A stretch of DNA of 64,000 bases from Candidatus Aenigmatarchaeota archaeon (GCA_016180945.1 JACPAG010000002.1:128210-192209); one strand, 5' to 3'. Positions 9,511 to 18,859 are shown, numbered from the stretch's first letter. Program-made: numbers and translations. The notes: generated by a model not told the origin, from the sequence alone.

Positions 9511-10572
9511 TCACCGTGGTGTTTTGTACCAACCTATACGCCTGCCAAGGGCTTTTTTTATCAGAATGCTAATGAAAACTCCGATGAAAATAATCATTGC
9601 AAGCGTCAATGCCGGAAGAACCGCAATAATTTCGGTTTTCCTCAGGTGTCTGGCGGAAAGAAGGAGTACCGTGGATAAACCTGCAATGCCGGGTATAAGA
9701 AAGACCGGGTTTACGATAGCCAAAAGAAGAAACGCCGGAGTAAATACGTAGAAAAGGGCTATGAAAAACAGCGTTGCCGATAGGACGGGATTTGTTCTCA
9801 AAGACTTGTTTATCTCATGAAAGCTTCCTGCTCCCCATCTCTCCTGCTGCTTGAAGAAATGATTTAGTCTTTTCGGCGACTCCTCTACGCATAGAGCCCA
9901 TGGATTGAAGACCACCTTCTTTTTTGCTTTGTAAAGCTTGTAAGAAAGATTTATGTCCTCTGAAAGAACATTATCAAATTTACCGACCTCAATCAATACG
10001 TTCCTCTTTATAATATAGTTTCTTCCGACGACAAACGCCGTTCCCAGCACTGTCGAAACCCAGTAATTTGTGGCGTTCAGAAACAGCGTTTCAAGACGTC
10101 CTAGGATGGACATTGCTGTCCTGCCTTCTGCGATAACAATGCCTACAGATGCGTCACTATCGCCGATGGAAGAAAGCAGGTTCTTTATCGTCGATTTGGA
10201 TACCCTGCAGTCTGCGTCAATGAAATAAAGAAACTTTCCCTTTGCTTTATTCACAGCCATATTTAGTGCAGAGGCCTTTCCCTTTCCTGCCCTATCCATG
10301 ATTATACTGGCTCCGTACTTCCTGCAGATTTGTTTTGTAGCGCCGTCTTTGCTGCTGTCAACGATAATGATTTCCAGATTGCTATAGGACTTTTGCAGGT
10401 TTTTTAATGTCCGCTCTATTACTGTTTCTTCGTCCTTTGCGGGTATTATTACCGATACCCTGGGGGTTCCCGTATCTTTCAGTCGGGGCCTATACACGAT
10501 GGATGAAACCAGCATAATAAGATAGTTTGCTGCGATATAAACTGCAAACGCATACAATAGTCCATCAATCAC
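9511..10572 (-). CDS. Membrane-bound glycosyltransferase family 2 (processive-type motifs)
   Basis: IIPAKDEE, GKASALN, FIDAD, SED, QQERW (QxxRW), flanking TM helices. Confidence 0.9.
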   Translation of the reverse strand: MIDGLLYAFAVYIAANYLIMLVSSIVYRPRLKDTGTPRVSVIIPAKDEETVIERTLKNLQKSYSNLEIIIVDSSKDGATKQICRKYGASIIMDRAGKGKASALNMAVNKAKGKFLYFIDADCRVSKSTIKNLLSSIGDSDASVGIVIAEGRTAMSILGRLETLFLNATNYWVSTVLGTAFVVGRNYIIKRNVLIEVGKFDNVLSEDINLSYKLYKAKKKVVFNPWALCVEESPKRLNHFFKQQERWGAGSFHEINKSLRTNPVLSATLFFIALFYVFTPAFLLLAIVNPVFLIPGIAGLSTVLLLSARHLRKTEIIAVLPALTLAMIIFIGVFISILIKKALGRRIGWYKTPR

Positions 10573-10586
10573 AATTTCACCCTTAA

Positions 10587-10825
10587 TGCCCCCATCGGGA
10601 TTCGAACCCGAGCCTTAAGGTTTTAGCCGTTTTTCCGTCACAAGCAGAATGAGTGCATTCTGCTGTGCAGCAGAAGCTTTGCTTCTGCTTGCAACGCTTT
10701 TGCCGAGCAAAAGGGTTGGTCCGCAACCTCACGTCCTATCTGGAGCCTTCTTGCCCTTTTCTTTCTCCCAAGGGTCTTTCTTTTTGCGAAAAGAAAGAGG
10801 CTTATCCAAGCTAGACTATGGGGGC
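10587..10825 (-). tRNA. tRNA-Arg(GCG) with two introns (D-loop ~10739-10802; anticodon loop ~10622-10720)
   Basis: Acceptor GCCCCCA/TGGGGGC, T arm TCGGG-TTCGAAT-CCCGA, anticodon arm TGAGG-TT-GCG-GA-CCTTA; D-loop intron has BHB CT-TGGA-TAA-GCC/GGC-TCCA-GAT-AG. Confidence 0.88.
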
Positions 10826-10952
10826 ATCGATTCGATGCCTATAGCAATTGATTTATTCTACAATGCTTAAGTATGGTAAAAATTTTCGTCCTACTCATAC
10901 TTATTCTGAAGGACATAAGTTATCGAACATATTATAAATGTCCTTCAGGATA

Positions 10953-11000
10953 CCAGCAGAAAACGATGTTTTCTGTGGCGCCAGAGAGCTCTGCTCTCTG
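10953..11000. repeat. Paired-hairpin cassette
   Basis: GCAGAAAAC-gat-GTTTTCTGT and CAGAGAGC-tct-GCTCTCTG. Confidence 0.65.
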
Positions 11001-11083
11001 ATCATACCAAAGACATTTTTTGTTCAAAAATTAATGTCTTTGAGTATAAAAAGATTTTGAAAGAAGAAGGTAAGGATAAACAT

Positions 11084-11248
11084 ATGCCAATCAGATGTAC
11101 TTCATGCAAGGAAAATCTGCTGTCAGAGGACAATTTTACAAAGTTCCCCTGTCCTGATTGCCTTAAGTCGGAAATTACAAGATGCATGAAATGCCGGAGG
11201 AAAAACAATATCTACACCTGTCCGAGCTGCGGCTTCGAGGGACCGTGA
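11084..11248 (+). CDS. Small zinc-ribbon protein (DUF1610/HVO_2753-like)
   Basis: Four CxxC pairs (CTSC, CPDC, CMKC, CPSCGFEGP); conserved position upstream of aEF-1beta with TGATG coupling. Confidence 0.88.
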   Translation: MPIRCTSCKENLLSEDNFTKFPCPDCLKSEITRCMKCRRKNNIYTCPSCGFEGP

Positions 11249-11517
11249 TGGGCCAGGTTGCAGCTACATTGACCGTCATGCCGGACAGCCCTGTTGCTGA
11301 TATCAAAAAAATCAAGGAAGAAATTAAAAAAATCGCAGCCCGGCACAAAAACATCCAGCTAAAGTCAATGGAAGAAAAGCCGGTAGCTTTCGGGATAAAA
11401 TCCATAGAGGTTCTTCTTGTTCTTCCTGATTCTGGCGGCACCGATGCCATAGAGCAGGATATACTGAAAATCCCGGGCATATCCAGCATCGAAGCCGGGG
11501 ATGTCACATTGATATAA
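11248..11517 (+). CDS. ef1b: Translation elongation factor aEF-1beta
   Basis: MGQVAATLTVMPDSP...PVAFGIKSIEV motif. Confidence 0.92.
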   Translation: MGQVAATLTVMPDSPVADIKKIKEEIKKIAARHKNIQLKSMEEKPVAFGIKSIEVLLVLPDSGGTDAIEQDILKIPGISSIEAGDVTLI

Positions 11518-11556
11518 ATACTAATCTTGAATTATAGTTATGTATAAGGTGAAGGT

Positions 11557-12681
11557 ATGCGAAAGTCTCTTCCTGTTTTGGTAATTGCAATTCTTGTATT
11601 CTCGGCACTAGCGTTAGCAGCAGGCAGTGGCAAGGTCCGGGTTATTGCCCATACGGATAAAGATGTCTCGGATGCAGTTGCAAATGGCTGTAAAGTGGTT
11701 AGGGAAGCAAAAACACTGAAGGCGTTAATCTGCAATGCGGATGTTGCTGCTGCACTGGAATTGCAGGAAGATGTCCAGGTATTTGCCATGGATTCAGGAG
11801 CTAACACCCAGATAAGGGCGGATTTAGTTCAATCGTCCGGGAACAGCGGTGCTGGACGAAAGGTTGTTGTGGTTGACACAGGATATAATTATAACCATCC
11901 GGAGTTAAGCTCCAGTTATCTGGGCGGAAGGGATTTTGTAAATAATGACAATGACCCGCTGGACGATAATGGTCACGGCAGTCATGTGGCAGGGATTATA
12001 ACCGCTGACGGCATTGACGCGAAGGCAAAAGGCGTTGCGCCTGCAGCAGGCGTAATTGCTGGCAAGGTCTTGAGTGCTTCTGGTTCTGGTTACTTCAGCG
12101 ATGTTGTTGCAGCAATCTACTGGGCAGTTGACGGTCCGGACGGCGTTTACGGCACAGTTGACGATTTCGGCGCAGATGCAATAAGCATGAGCCTTGGGAC
12201 ATCACAGCCTTATACGTACAAAGGTTTCTGCGACGGCGTTTTGCCGGATTTGACAAATGCGATTAAATATGCAGTTGACAGGAGCGTAATCGTAGTTGTG
12301 GCAGCTGGCAACAGCGGAGGCGCGGGCGTTTCAATCCCTGGGTGCATAAGTTACTCAACAACGGTTGGTGCTGTAGATAGCGGGGATAAAATTGCCAGAT
12401 GGTCTGGAAAAGGAAGTGCAGTTGATATTTCAGCCCCAGGTGTAAATATTTATTCATCTTGGCTTGGAAGCGAGTACAAAACAGCAAGCGGCACAAGCAT
12501 GGCAACGCCGATGGTAAGCGGAACAGTGGCTTTAGTCAAATTTGCTCATCCAGAATATACAGTAGCCCAAATAGAAAGTGCATTGTTCAATACAGCAAAA
12601 GATTTAGGAAAGGCAGGCAAAGATACAAGCTATGGCTGGGGTCGTGTTGACGTATATAGTGCAGTGAATTACGCAGCTTAA
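11557..12681 (+). CDS. Secreted subtilisin-like serine protease (S8)
   Basis: Signal peptide; catalytic triad motifs VVDTG, HGSHVAG, GTSMATP; oxyanion VVAAGN. Confidence 0.93.
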   Translation: MRKSLPVLVIAILVFSALALAAGSGKVRVIAHTDKDVSDAVANGCKVVREAKTLKALICNADVAAALELQEDVQVFAMDSGANTQIRADLVQSSGNSGAGRKVVVVDTGYNYNHPELSSSYLGGRDFVNNDNDPLDDNGHGSHVAGIITADGIDAKAKGVAPAAGVIAGKVLSASGSGYFSDVVAAIYWAVDGPDGVYGTVDDFGADAISMSLGTSQPYTYKGFCDGVLPDLTNAIKYAVDRSVIVVVAAGNSGGAGVSIPGCISYSTTVGAVDSGDKIARWSGKGSAVDISAPGVNIYSSWLGSEYKTASGTSMATPMVSGTVALVKFAHPEYTVAQIESALFNTAKDLGKAGKDTSYGWGRVDVYSAVNYAA

Positions 12682-12801
12682 ATTGTGGTTCTAACGGGAT
12701 AGAGGTTTTATTTTCACCATTCCTTCTTGTCGAATTATTGGCACCGTACACAACAAAACAAAAAAGAAAAGCCCTTAAATCTTTCTCCATAATGGTTACC
12801 T

Positions 12802-13248
12802 ATGGCAGAAGTTGAAGACCGCATTTATTCGGCGTTTGCTTCTATAGCTTCATCGCTTGGCTACAGCGACATACACGGCAGGATAATATCCGCCCTGCTG
12901 GTCGCGAACAAGCCGATGTCGCTGCAGGAACTCAGCAGGAAAACGAAGTATTCTGACTCGGCAATATCGCTTTCGCTGGACCTCCTTGAGCTGGTAGGCA
13001 TAATCAAGAAAAGGAAAAACATGGGCGACAGGAAGCTGTACATAACACTGGAAGGCGACCTCCTTGAAGGATTGAGAAGGGCCCTGACCCTGAAGATACA
13101 GAAGGAAATAATAACAACCCTGGCGGAGTTCGAGACTTACAAGAATGACAAGAAGAACGACCACATTATTTCTGTTTTTGAAAAGGAGATAAAACGCCTG
13201 CAGGAATACGTCGACCGCCTGGCAGGCGTGGAGATACCAAAGAAATAA
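12802..13248 (+). CDS. GbsR/MarR-type winged-helix transcriptional regulator
   Basis: GRIISALLVANKPMSLQELSRKTKYSDSAISLSL...DRKLY. Confidence 0.8.
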   Translation: MAEVEDRIYSAFASIASSLGYSDIHGRIISALLVANKPMSLQELSRKTKYSDSAISLSLDLLELVGIIKKRKNMGDRKLYITLEGDLLEGLRRALTLKIQKEIITTLAEFETYKNDKKNDHIISVFEKEIKRLQEYVDRLAGVEIPKK

Positions 13249-13296
13249 GGTAAGACCGACAGGATTGAATTCCCTCTTCGTATGATAAGTGAATCT

Positions 13297-13379
13297 CCGC
13301 ACCCTAAAGGGTGCGGCGTCCCTTTCGCTTCGCACTATATCATCCATACTGTGAAAAGTATGGCGTTGCGAAGCGAAAG
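13297..13379. mobile_element. IS200/IS605-end-like hairpin remnant
   Basis: CCGCACCC-TAAA-GGGTGCGG plus long stem CTTTCGCTTCGCA...TGCGAAGCGAAAG; no transposase nearby. Confidence 0.45.
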
Positions 13380-13489
13380 TAAGCCAGAACTAGAACATGC
13401 CTTTTTCCTTGCTTATTTCTTATCGGATAAAAATCTTTTTCATCCTTCCCACTTACTTATTAAACAGTTCTTTCTCAAATTATGATAAT

Positions 13490-14503
13490 ATGGGAGTAAA
13501 GCTGACGGCCTTGGTAGAAGGACGCGCTATAACGCTGGACGAGCTCTTCGACAAGCAGATAGCAATAGATGCATTCAACTGGATATACCAGTTTTTGTCC
13601 ATAATACGGCAGAAAGACGGCCAGCCCTTGCAGGATAGTCAGGGTCGCGTAACCTCTCACCTGACAGGCTTGTTCTACCGGACGTTAAGGGTGATGGAAG
13701 CCGGCATAAAGCCGGTATACGTTTTCGACGGCGAGCCGCCGGAATTTAAGAAAGAAGTCGCTGCAAAACGCCGCGATATAAGGGCCGAGGCTGTGAAAGA
13801 GTGGAAAGAAGCCCTGGCCAAGGGCGAGTACGCGGAAGCCAGAAAATATGCGATGAGGTCGTCAACTATAACCGACGAAATAATCGAGGACTGCAAAAAA
13901 CTGCTGGACGCGATGGGCGTGCCTTGCGTGCAGGCGCCAAGCGAAGGCGAGGCCTTGTGTTCGGTGATGGCCAGGAAAAACGACGCCTATGCCGTAGCCA
14001 CGCAGGACTATGATTCGCTTTTGTTCGGCGCGCCGCGCCTCATCAGAAACCTTTCGATAACAGGCAAGCGCAGGCGCGGAAAAGACTATATAGATGTCAA
14101 GCCGGAGATAATAATACTTTCCGAGGTTCTTGAAAAGCTGGATATAAATCACGACCAGCTTATAATATTGGGCATTCTGGCAGGCACGGATTACGACCCG
14201 GAAGGCGTTGCCGGTTACGGACCGAAAAAAGCGCTGGACCTTGTCCGCCAAAAGAAGACGTTAAAATCCGTTTTGAAAGAAGTTGTATGGGACTTTTCTG
14301 TCAGCGCAGAAGAAATCTTCGATTTCTTCTCAAACCCCACAGAAAGCACGTATACGATAGAGTTTCGCGAACTTGATCCAGAAGCTGTCAAGAAAATCCT
14401 CTGCGACGAGCACGACTTTTCTGTTGACCGCATAGACAGCGCCCTGAAAAAGCTCGACGAAGAGAAAAAGGCCGGCCAGAAAAGCCTGCAGAAATGGTTC
14501 TGA
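13490..14503 (+). CDS. fen1: Flap endonuclease 1
   Basis: MGVKL, AIDAFNWIYQFLSIIRQKDG, FDGEPP, APSEGEA, GTDY, C-terminal PIP box QKSLQKWF. Confidence 0.96.
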   Translation: MGVKLTALVEGRAITLDELFDKQIAIDAFNWIYQFLSIIRQKDGQPLQDSQGRVTSHLTGLFYRTLRVMEAGIKPVYVFDGEPPEFKKEVAAKRRDIRAEAVKEWKEALAKGEYAEARKYAMRSSTITDEIIEDCKKLLDAMGVPCVQAPSEGEALCSVMARKNDAYAVATQDYDSLLFGAPRLIRNLSITGKRRRGKDYIDVKPEIIILSEVLEKLDINHDQLIILGILAGTDYDPEGVAGYGPKKALDLVRQKKTLKSVLKEVVWDFSVSAEEIFDFFSNPTESTYTIEFRELDPEAVKKILCDEHDFSVDRIDSALKKLDEEKKAGQKSLQKWF

Positions 14504-14543
14504 AACTAATTTACATTTTTAATTTGCTTACTGCAACCGGGAC

Positions 14544-14915
14544 CTACGTCGCAGTAGTTGTCGTTGATGAGGCTGCTGTAGTCTGGCACCCGCATCTTGC
14601 GTAACACTGGTTGTCACTACCTGTAGTTTTCAGAGCTAGTTTTTCACAAATGAAATTTAGGCTATGCGCCTGCGGAGAACTCTCCCCTATCTCCTGATAT
14701 TTTACCTCTACATCGCCGCCTTTGCCAGTGGCGCAGTTATAAACGCTTCGCAGAGTCTGGCACGCCGAATCCAGCGCCGTGTTCCGCACAATAGAAATCT
14801 GGCTTCCTCCCGTGCCGGAAGCAAAGAACGCCGCGACAACAACAAGAACTAATACCGCTACCGCAACGATGACTATCGTCTCTATAGGCAAAGATATACC
14901 CTTCATTTTTACCAT
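14544..14915 (-). CDS. Type IV pilin-like protein (class III signal peptide)
   Basis: MVKMKG|ISLPIE followed by hydrophobic helix; Cys-containing head, Thr-rich tail. Confidence 0.82.
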   Translation of the reverse strand: MVKMKGISLPIETIVIVAVAVLVLVVVAAFFASGTGGSQISIVRNTALDSACQTLRSVYNCATGKGGDVEVKYQEIGESSPQAHSLNFICEKLALKTTGSDNQCYARCGCQTTAASSTTTTAT

Positions 14916-14965
14916 TTATTATTGTTATATTTCCCTATTTATATAGATTGATGCCGAATAAGAGA

Positions 14966-15075
14966 AACTCAAGCACTCTGCACCCCTAGGGTGCAGTATC
15001 TATTATGCTGAGGTGCTGTGTTATGAGGCAACTCACCTGTTTGATAAAGCAAAGAACATTCTTGCCTTACTTCAG
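14966..15075. repeat. Palindromic intergenic element (family F)
   Basis: CTGCACCC-CTA-GGGTGCAG hairpin; segment AAGCAAAGAACATTCTTGCCTTAC is nearly repeated at ~62226-62246. Confidence 0.45.
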
Positions 15076-15135
15076 TAAAAGCAAGTTATTTATTGTGCCA
15101 ACTAATCAGCTTCGTTAACAAAAAGAAAAAAGGGC

Positions 15136-15420
15136 TTACTTCCCCAGAACAAGGTCTATCGTCGAGACGTTCAACTTCTCTTTGTTCTCCCCTTCCAGCT
15201 CTTCTGTCCCGATTTTTATGTCCTTGTAGACCAGTTCTTTCACGAACCTGTTCTTCACAATCTCAGCCACATCAACGGCTGTGCTTATCGCTTTCCCGCG
15301 CGCCCTTATCTTTATCTCAGTTTGCCCCTTGTCGTTCAGCTGCGTCAGCACTGCCATGACGTAAGACATTGTTGGCTTCCTGCCAATGAAGACAACATTG
15401 TCAGCTGCCCTTTCTGCCAT
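15136..15420 (-). CDS. albA: DNA/RNA-binding protein Alba
   Basis: [32 protein letters not shown]; GAGGTGA RBS before ATG GCA. Confidence 0.95.
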   Translation of the reverse strand: MAERAADNVVFIGRKPTMSYVMAVLTQLNDKGQTEIKIRARGKAISTAVDVAEIVKNRFVKELVYKDIKIGTEELEGENKEKLNVSTIDLVLGK

Positions 15421-15541
15421 ACTGTTCACCTCGTTTTTGAATGCTGAATATGATTCTGTGCTTTGCGCTGGACAATACTGAATTAAAGTTAAGCTGAAGG
15501 TTCCTGCGTTCTTATCTTACTTATCTCTTGGGGGAAAGTTT

Positions 15542-15640
15542 TTATAGTCATGCAAGAAAAGAATTGGTATAATACTTTCTTGCTGACTGTATGTAAAACC
15601 AGAAGTATTATATGTTTATTCTTTTCTGGTTTTACTATAA
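15542..15640 (-). mobile_element. Family B two-lobed palindromic element, minimal 99-bp form
   Basis: Terminal TTATAGT...ACTATAA; homologous to 19735-19933 and 32973-33120 but without the central insert. Confidence 0.75.
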
Positions 15641-15643
15641 ATG

Positions 15644-16063
15644 CTAAGATGGTGCTATGCAGCAATATGGCTTTGCTGTGTCATCATTGCAGCGGCCTAA
15701 TTCAACTGTGAGACCAGTTGTTGATTGGCTGCATAGACCTGCGCAATTTCCATTGTTAGCCTCGCATTCTGCCTTTGTTGTTATCTGCGGGCAGAACGTA
15801 GCACAGCACGCGCGTACAACGGGTGTTCCCAAGCTTTTGCATACCTTATTCAGTTCAGCCACATCTCCAGAAGGCGACCCTCTGCACTCCTTGTTGTTAG
15901 CCACATATTTGGTGCACAAATCTGCCCTTTGCCCTTCCATCTTTATCCTGTCTATTCCCGGATTCACGCTTGTCGAGAAGAAGAACAGCAGTGCCACAAG
16001 AACTATGACTGCTAAGACTATTATTACCGTTGTTTCTACCGGCAGCGAGATGCCCTTTTTCAT
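15644..16063 (-). CDS. Type IV pilin-like protein (class III signal peptide)
   Basis: MKKG|ISLPVE plus hydrophobic helix; Cys-rich head. Confidence 0.82.
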   Translation of the reverse strand: MKKGISLPVETTVIIVLAVIVLVALLFFFSTSVNPGIDRIKMEGQRADLCTKYVANNKECRGSPSGDVAELNKVCKSLGTPVVRACCATFCPQITTKAECEANNGNCAGLCSQSTTGLTVELGRCNDDTAKPYCCIAPS

Positions 16064-16154
16064 GAATATAATTAGCCGAGTGAATTAATAAAAGTATGAA
16101 GTTGGATGATAAGGTTGCTTGAGATGATAAGATAAATTTAATTAAATCAGATTT

Positions 16155-17540
16155 TCATACAGCTTTGCAGCCCTTGGGGACACTGCACACGGTACTTCCG
16201 AGTGTACATTCGCTGCAGCCGTCTCGAACGTCCCGTGTACATCTGTACTTTGTTATTTTCTCCTTGCAATCGCATCCCTCAATGGGCTTGTCAGCTTCTG
16301 CGGGGCATTTATCGCCAGTGCACTGATATTTGGTTTCAATAGGCACGCATGTCCACCCATCTATTGGAACAGCCGATTCCTTCTCCTCCGGGCATGTCCA
16401 TTTCTTTTCTATCCAGTTACCGCCAAAGGCGGTGCAGTAGCATTGCGACTCGTCTACGGCTTTGGAATCTTTAAACTTTGATTCGCCGCATCCAAAATCG
16501 CCGGCCCTGCCGCCGCATGTCAGTTTATTAGAGCCTATACCAGTTATATCTGTATCGCAGCTGTATATCCTGCCGCCGTCGCAGGCCATGTCGTTTGCCG
16601 ATGAGAACGTGAAAAGTTTTCCATTATTTTCCGTGCAGCTTAATGCCACCAGATAATCCTCTGCCTTAACAGTCACAGAAAACGGCTTTTTCTCGAATTT
16701 GTTTTCGTCCAGATAATGATAAAGCGCTTCCCTTTCTGAAAATTGCCCTTTTATTATGTAATGGAAAAGAAGGCCGGATAATGGCGGCAGGATACCGGCT
16801 TCTGTAGATGTAGCCACCAGCAATCCTGACGTTTCTACTGTAAACTTCTTTTCAAGGTCAGTTGAAATACCTTCAAATGTATTCTTAATTGAATTTTCTG
16901 CCTGTGATTTGTAAGTGTTGCTGTTAGAACTATAAGCTGGTATCTTCACATTCTCCGCCGTCTGGGTAAATAGTTTTCCTGCATCCAAAAGTTTTTTTAA
17001 CTGTATCAAAAAACTATATGTGTTATCAACCCTCTTTGGCGATTCTGTCGTCGGCTTTCTTTCATCGCCGGCAAAGGCTTTTAGGGTTCCCAGAACCTGC
17101 ACGATTATTTTAGAATCCTGAAGCGTAAATACGAGTGTTACACTGCTCCTCAATTTTATGCCGTCTACTTCGTCGACACTGTCGAAACCTTTATAGGATT
17201 TCGAAAGACTCGCCAGATATGCCTTTATTTCATCGTTACTAGGAATTTTACCAATCTGTGATCTATCCGCAGGGTTGATTTTGTACCAGAATTCGCTTCC
17301 AAAACCGCTTTGACCACCATCAAAGATTTGGCGCAAAGAAGAAAGATTCCATGTGACATTCAAAGACTTTTCCGCCAACAGAAGGGTATTCTTTGTCCTA
17401 AGCACTTCTACTTCTCCAAAGACGATATGCTGGTGCTTTAGCTTGTAAACTACAGCATCCTGGTAGAATAACCTTACAAGCATAAATAAAACAAAGACTA
17501 CCACTATGCCCAATACAACCCAGCCAGCACTACCCTTCAC
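16155..17540 (-). CDS. Large pilin-like surface protein with Cys-rich C-terminal domain
   Basis: MKG|SAGWVVLGIVVVFVLFMLV N-terminus; many Cys in the last ~160 aa. Confidence 0.72.
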   Translation of the reverse strand: MKGSAGWVVLGIVVVFVLFMLVRLFYQDAVVYKLKHQHIVFGEVEVLRTKNTLLLAEKSLNVTWNLSSLRQIFDGGQSGFGSEFWYKINPADRSQIGKIPSNDEIKAYLASLSKSYKGFDSVDEVDGIKLRSSVTLVFTLQDSKIIVQVLGTLKAFAGDERKPTTESPKRVDNTYSFLIQLKKLLDAGKLFTQTAENVKIPAYSSNSNTYKSQAENSIKNTFEGISTDLEKKFTVETSGLLVATSTEAGILPPLSGLLFHYIIKGQFSEREALYHYLDENKFEKKPFSVTVKAEDYLVALSCTENNGKLFTFSSANDMACDGGRIYSCDTDITGIGSNKLTCGGRAGDFGCGESKFKDSKAVDESQCYCTAFGGNWIEKKWTCPEEKESAVPIDGWTCVPIETKYQCTGDKCPAEADKPIEGCDCKEKITKYRCTRDVRDGCSECTLGSTVCSVPKGCKAV

Positions 17541-18417
17541 CTATCGTCACCACCAGTTTTTTCATCCTGTCTTTAAACAGCAACGGTATAGAAGCCTCTG
17601 CAGCAAAAGATTCCTCGTCAATTGCGCCCTTCCTTGCGAGGACATTCGTGCCCTCCTCTAAGACCGTGCTTAGCTTATCACAAATCTTGGGGTCTTCTGC
17701 ATCATCAAGAGCGCCTTTTGTGATGCCGAAATGCAGATGACAGCCAGCCTGTTTTTCCGCGCCGCAAGTGCTCACGTAACCTATCACCTCGCCCCTCTTT
17801 ACGTTTCGGGCCTTTCTATCAAGGATTTCAATGCAGCCGTAGAAGGACCGGTAGCCTCGCAATTCTTTCAAATCGCATATATCCTTATGCTCTATCTCAA
17901 GCCCTTCTTTGCCGCCGAATGCTGTGCCGCCAAAAACCTTGTCACCAGTTAGCCCCGGTCCTAATGTCGATAATCTCCCGCCGCAAATAGCTTTTACAGG
18001 TGTCCCGCAATTAGAAGAAATATCAGCGGCTTTATGGTCATTGCGAAAAGGCGTTGTACACGAAAGAGCAGATATACTGGCGCCTTCAAGCCGGACAATA
18101 TAAGGAAAATCGTAATTGTCTAGCAGTTCCTTAATGGCCTCTGAGGCTTTGGACAGCGTAGCTGCATCAACCTTTGTCATTGATGCAACAATGACAGGCT
18201 CCAAAAGAGGCTTGCCATCTATTTCTGAATTAACCAGAGTATTTGCTACAACGTAAGGTTTATTGAACGTTCCTATGACTTCTATGCCGCCTGCCCCAAA
18301 AAACTGCAGCGATATAACTGATACCACAAATATGACCAAAGATGCCACTATGGCTATAACGCTTACAACGGCTACAACCACGCCGACAAAGATTGGAAGT
18401 ACGGAGAATCCCTTCAT
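17530..18417 (-). CDS. Pilin-like protein with inserted M23 metallopeptidase domain
   Basis: MKG|FSVLP plus hydrophobic helix; HKAAD (HxxxD), GTPVKA, VKRGEVIGYV, HLHFGI (HxH). Confidence 0.8.
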   Translation of the reverse strand: MKGFSVLPIFVGVVVAVVSVIAIVASLVIFVVSVISLQFFGAGGIEVIGTFNKPYVVANTLVNSEIDGKPLLEPVIVASMTKVDAATLSKASEAIKELLDNYDFPYIVRLEGASISALSCTTPFRNDHKAADISSNCGTPVKAICGGRLSTLGPGLTGDKVFGGTAFGGKEGLEIEHKDICDLKELRGYRSFYGCIEILDRKARNVKRGEVIGYVSTCGAEKQAGCHLHFGITKGALDDAEDPKICDKLSTVLEEGTNVLARKGAIDEESFAAEASIPLLFKDRMKKLVVTIGEG

Positions 18418-18857
18418 TTTCCACAGCGCTCCACTTTCGTATCGTAAACACTCACTTTCAGGTTTGCAGGAAAGATGCCGTTTGAATGTATGTACACAGG
18501 AAGGGCAACAGAGAATACGTCATCCTTGCCGTTAAATCCGAATGACCATGAATTTTTATTATCCAGTTTCTGGGGAGATGTTACAGTAACATGATAAGCA
18601 TAGCAGTGCCTCACGGGCTCGGTTGACGCACCATCAAGCTCATTTAGTTTGCCGAGCAGCAACCCGCCGTTCCTTGAAATGTCGCTGTTCAGAAGATTTT
18701 CAGCTATCTCATATGTCGCTCTTCTGACAGCGTTATGCTCTATGCTTACTGATATGCGCGAGTTCATGAACGCAAGAAACAGCGGCGTGAGTATTACTAT
18801 CACAGCTATGAATACGAAGATTATTATCTCCGGTATGGACATTCTTGTCTCTGCCAT
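18414..18857 (-). CDS. Minor pilin-like protein (N-terminal anchor)
   Basis: MAETRMSIPEIIIFVFIAVIVIL; overlapping, operonic with neighbours. Confidence 0.65.
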   Translation of the reverse strand: MAETRMSIPEIIIFVFIAVIVILTPLFLAFMNSRISVSIEHNAVRRATYEIAENLLNSDISRNGGLLLGKLNELDGASTEPVRHCYAYHVTVTSPQKLDNKNSWSFGFNGKDDVFSVALPVYIHSNGIFPANLKVSVYDTKVERCGK

Positions 18858-18859
18858 TG

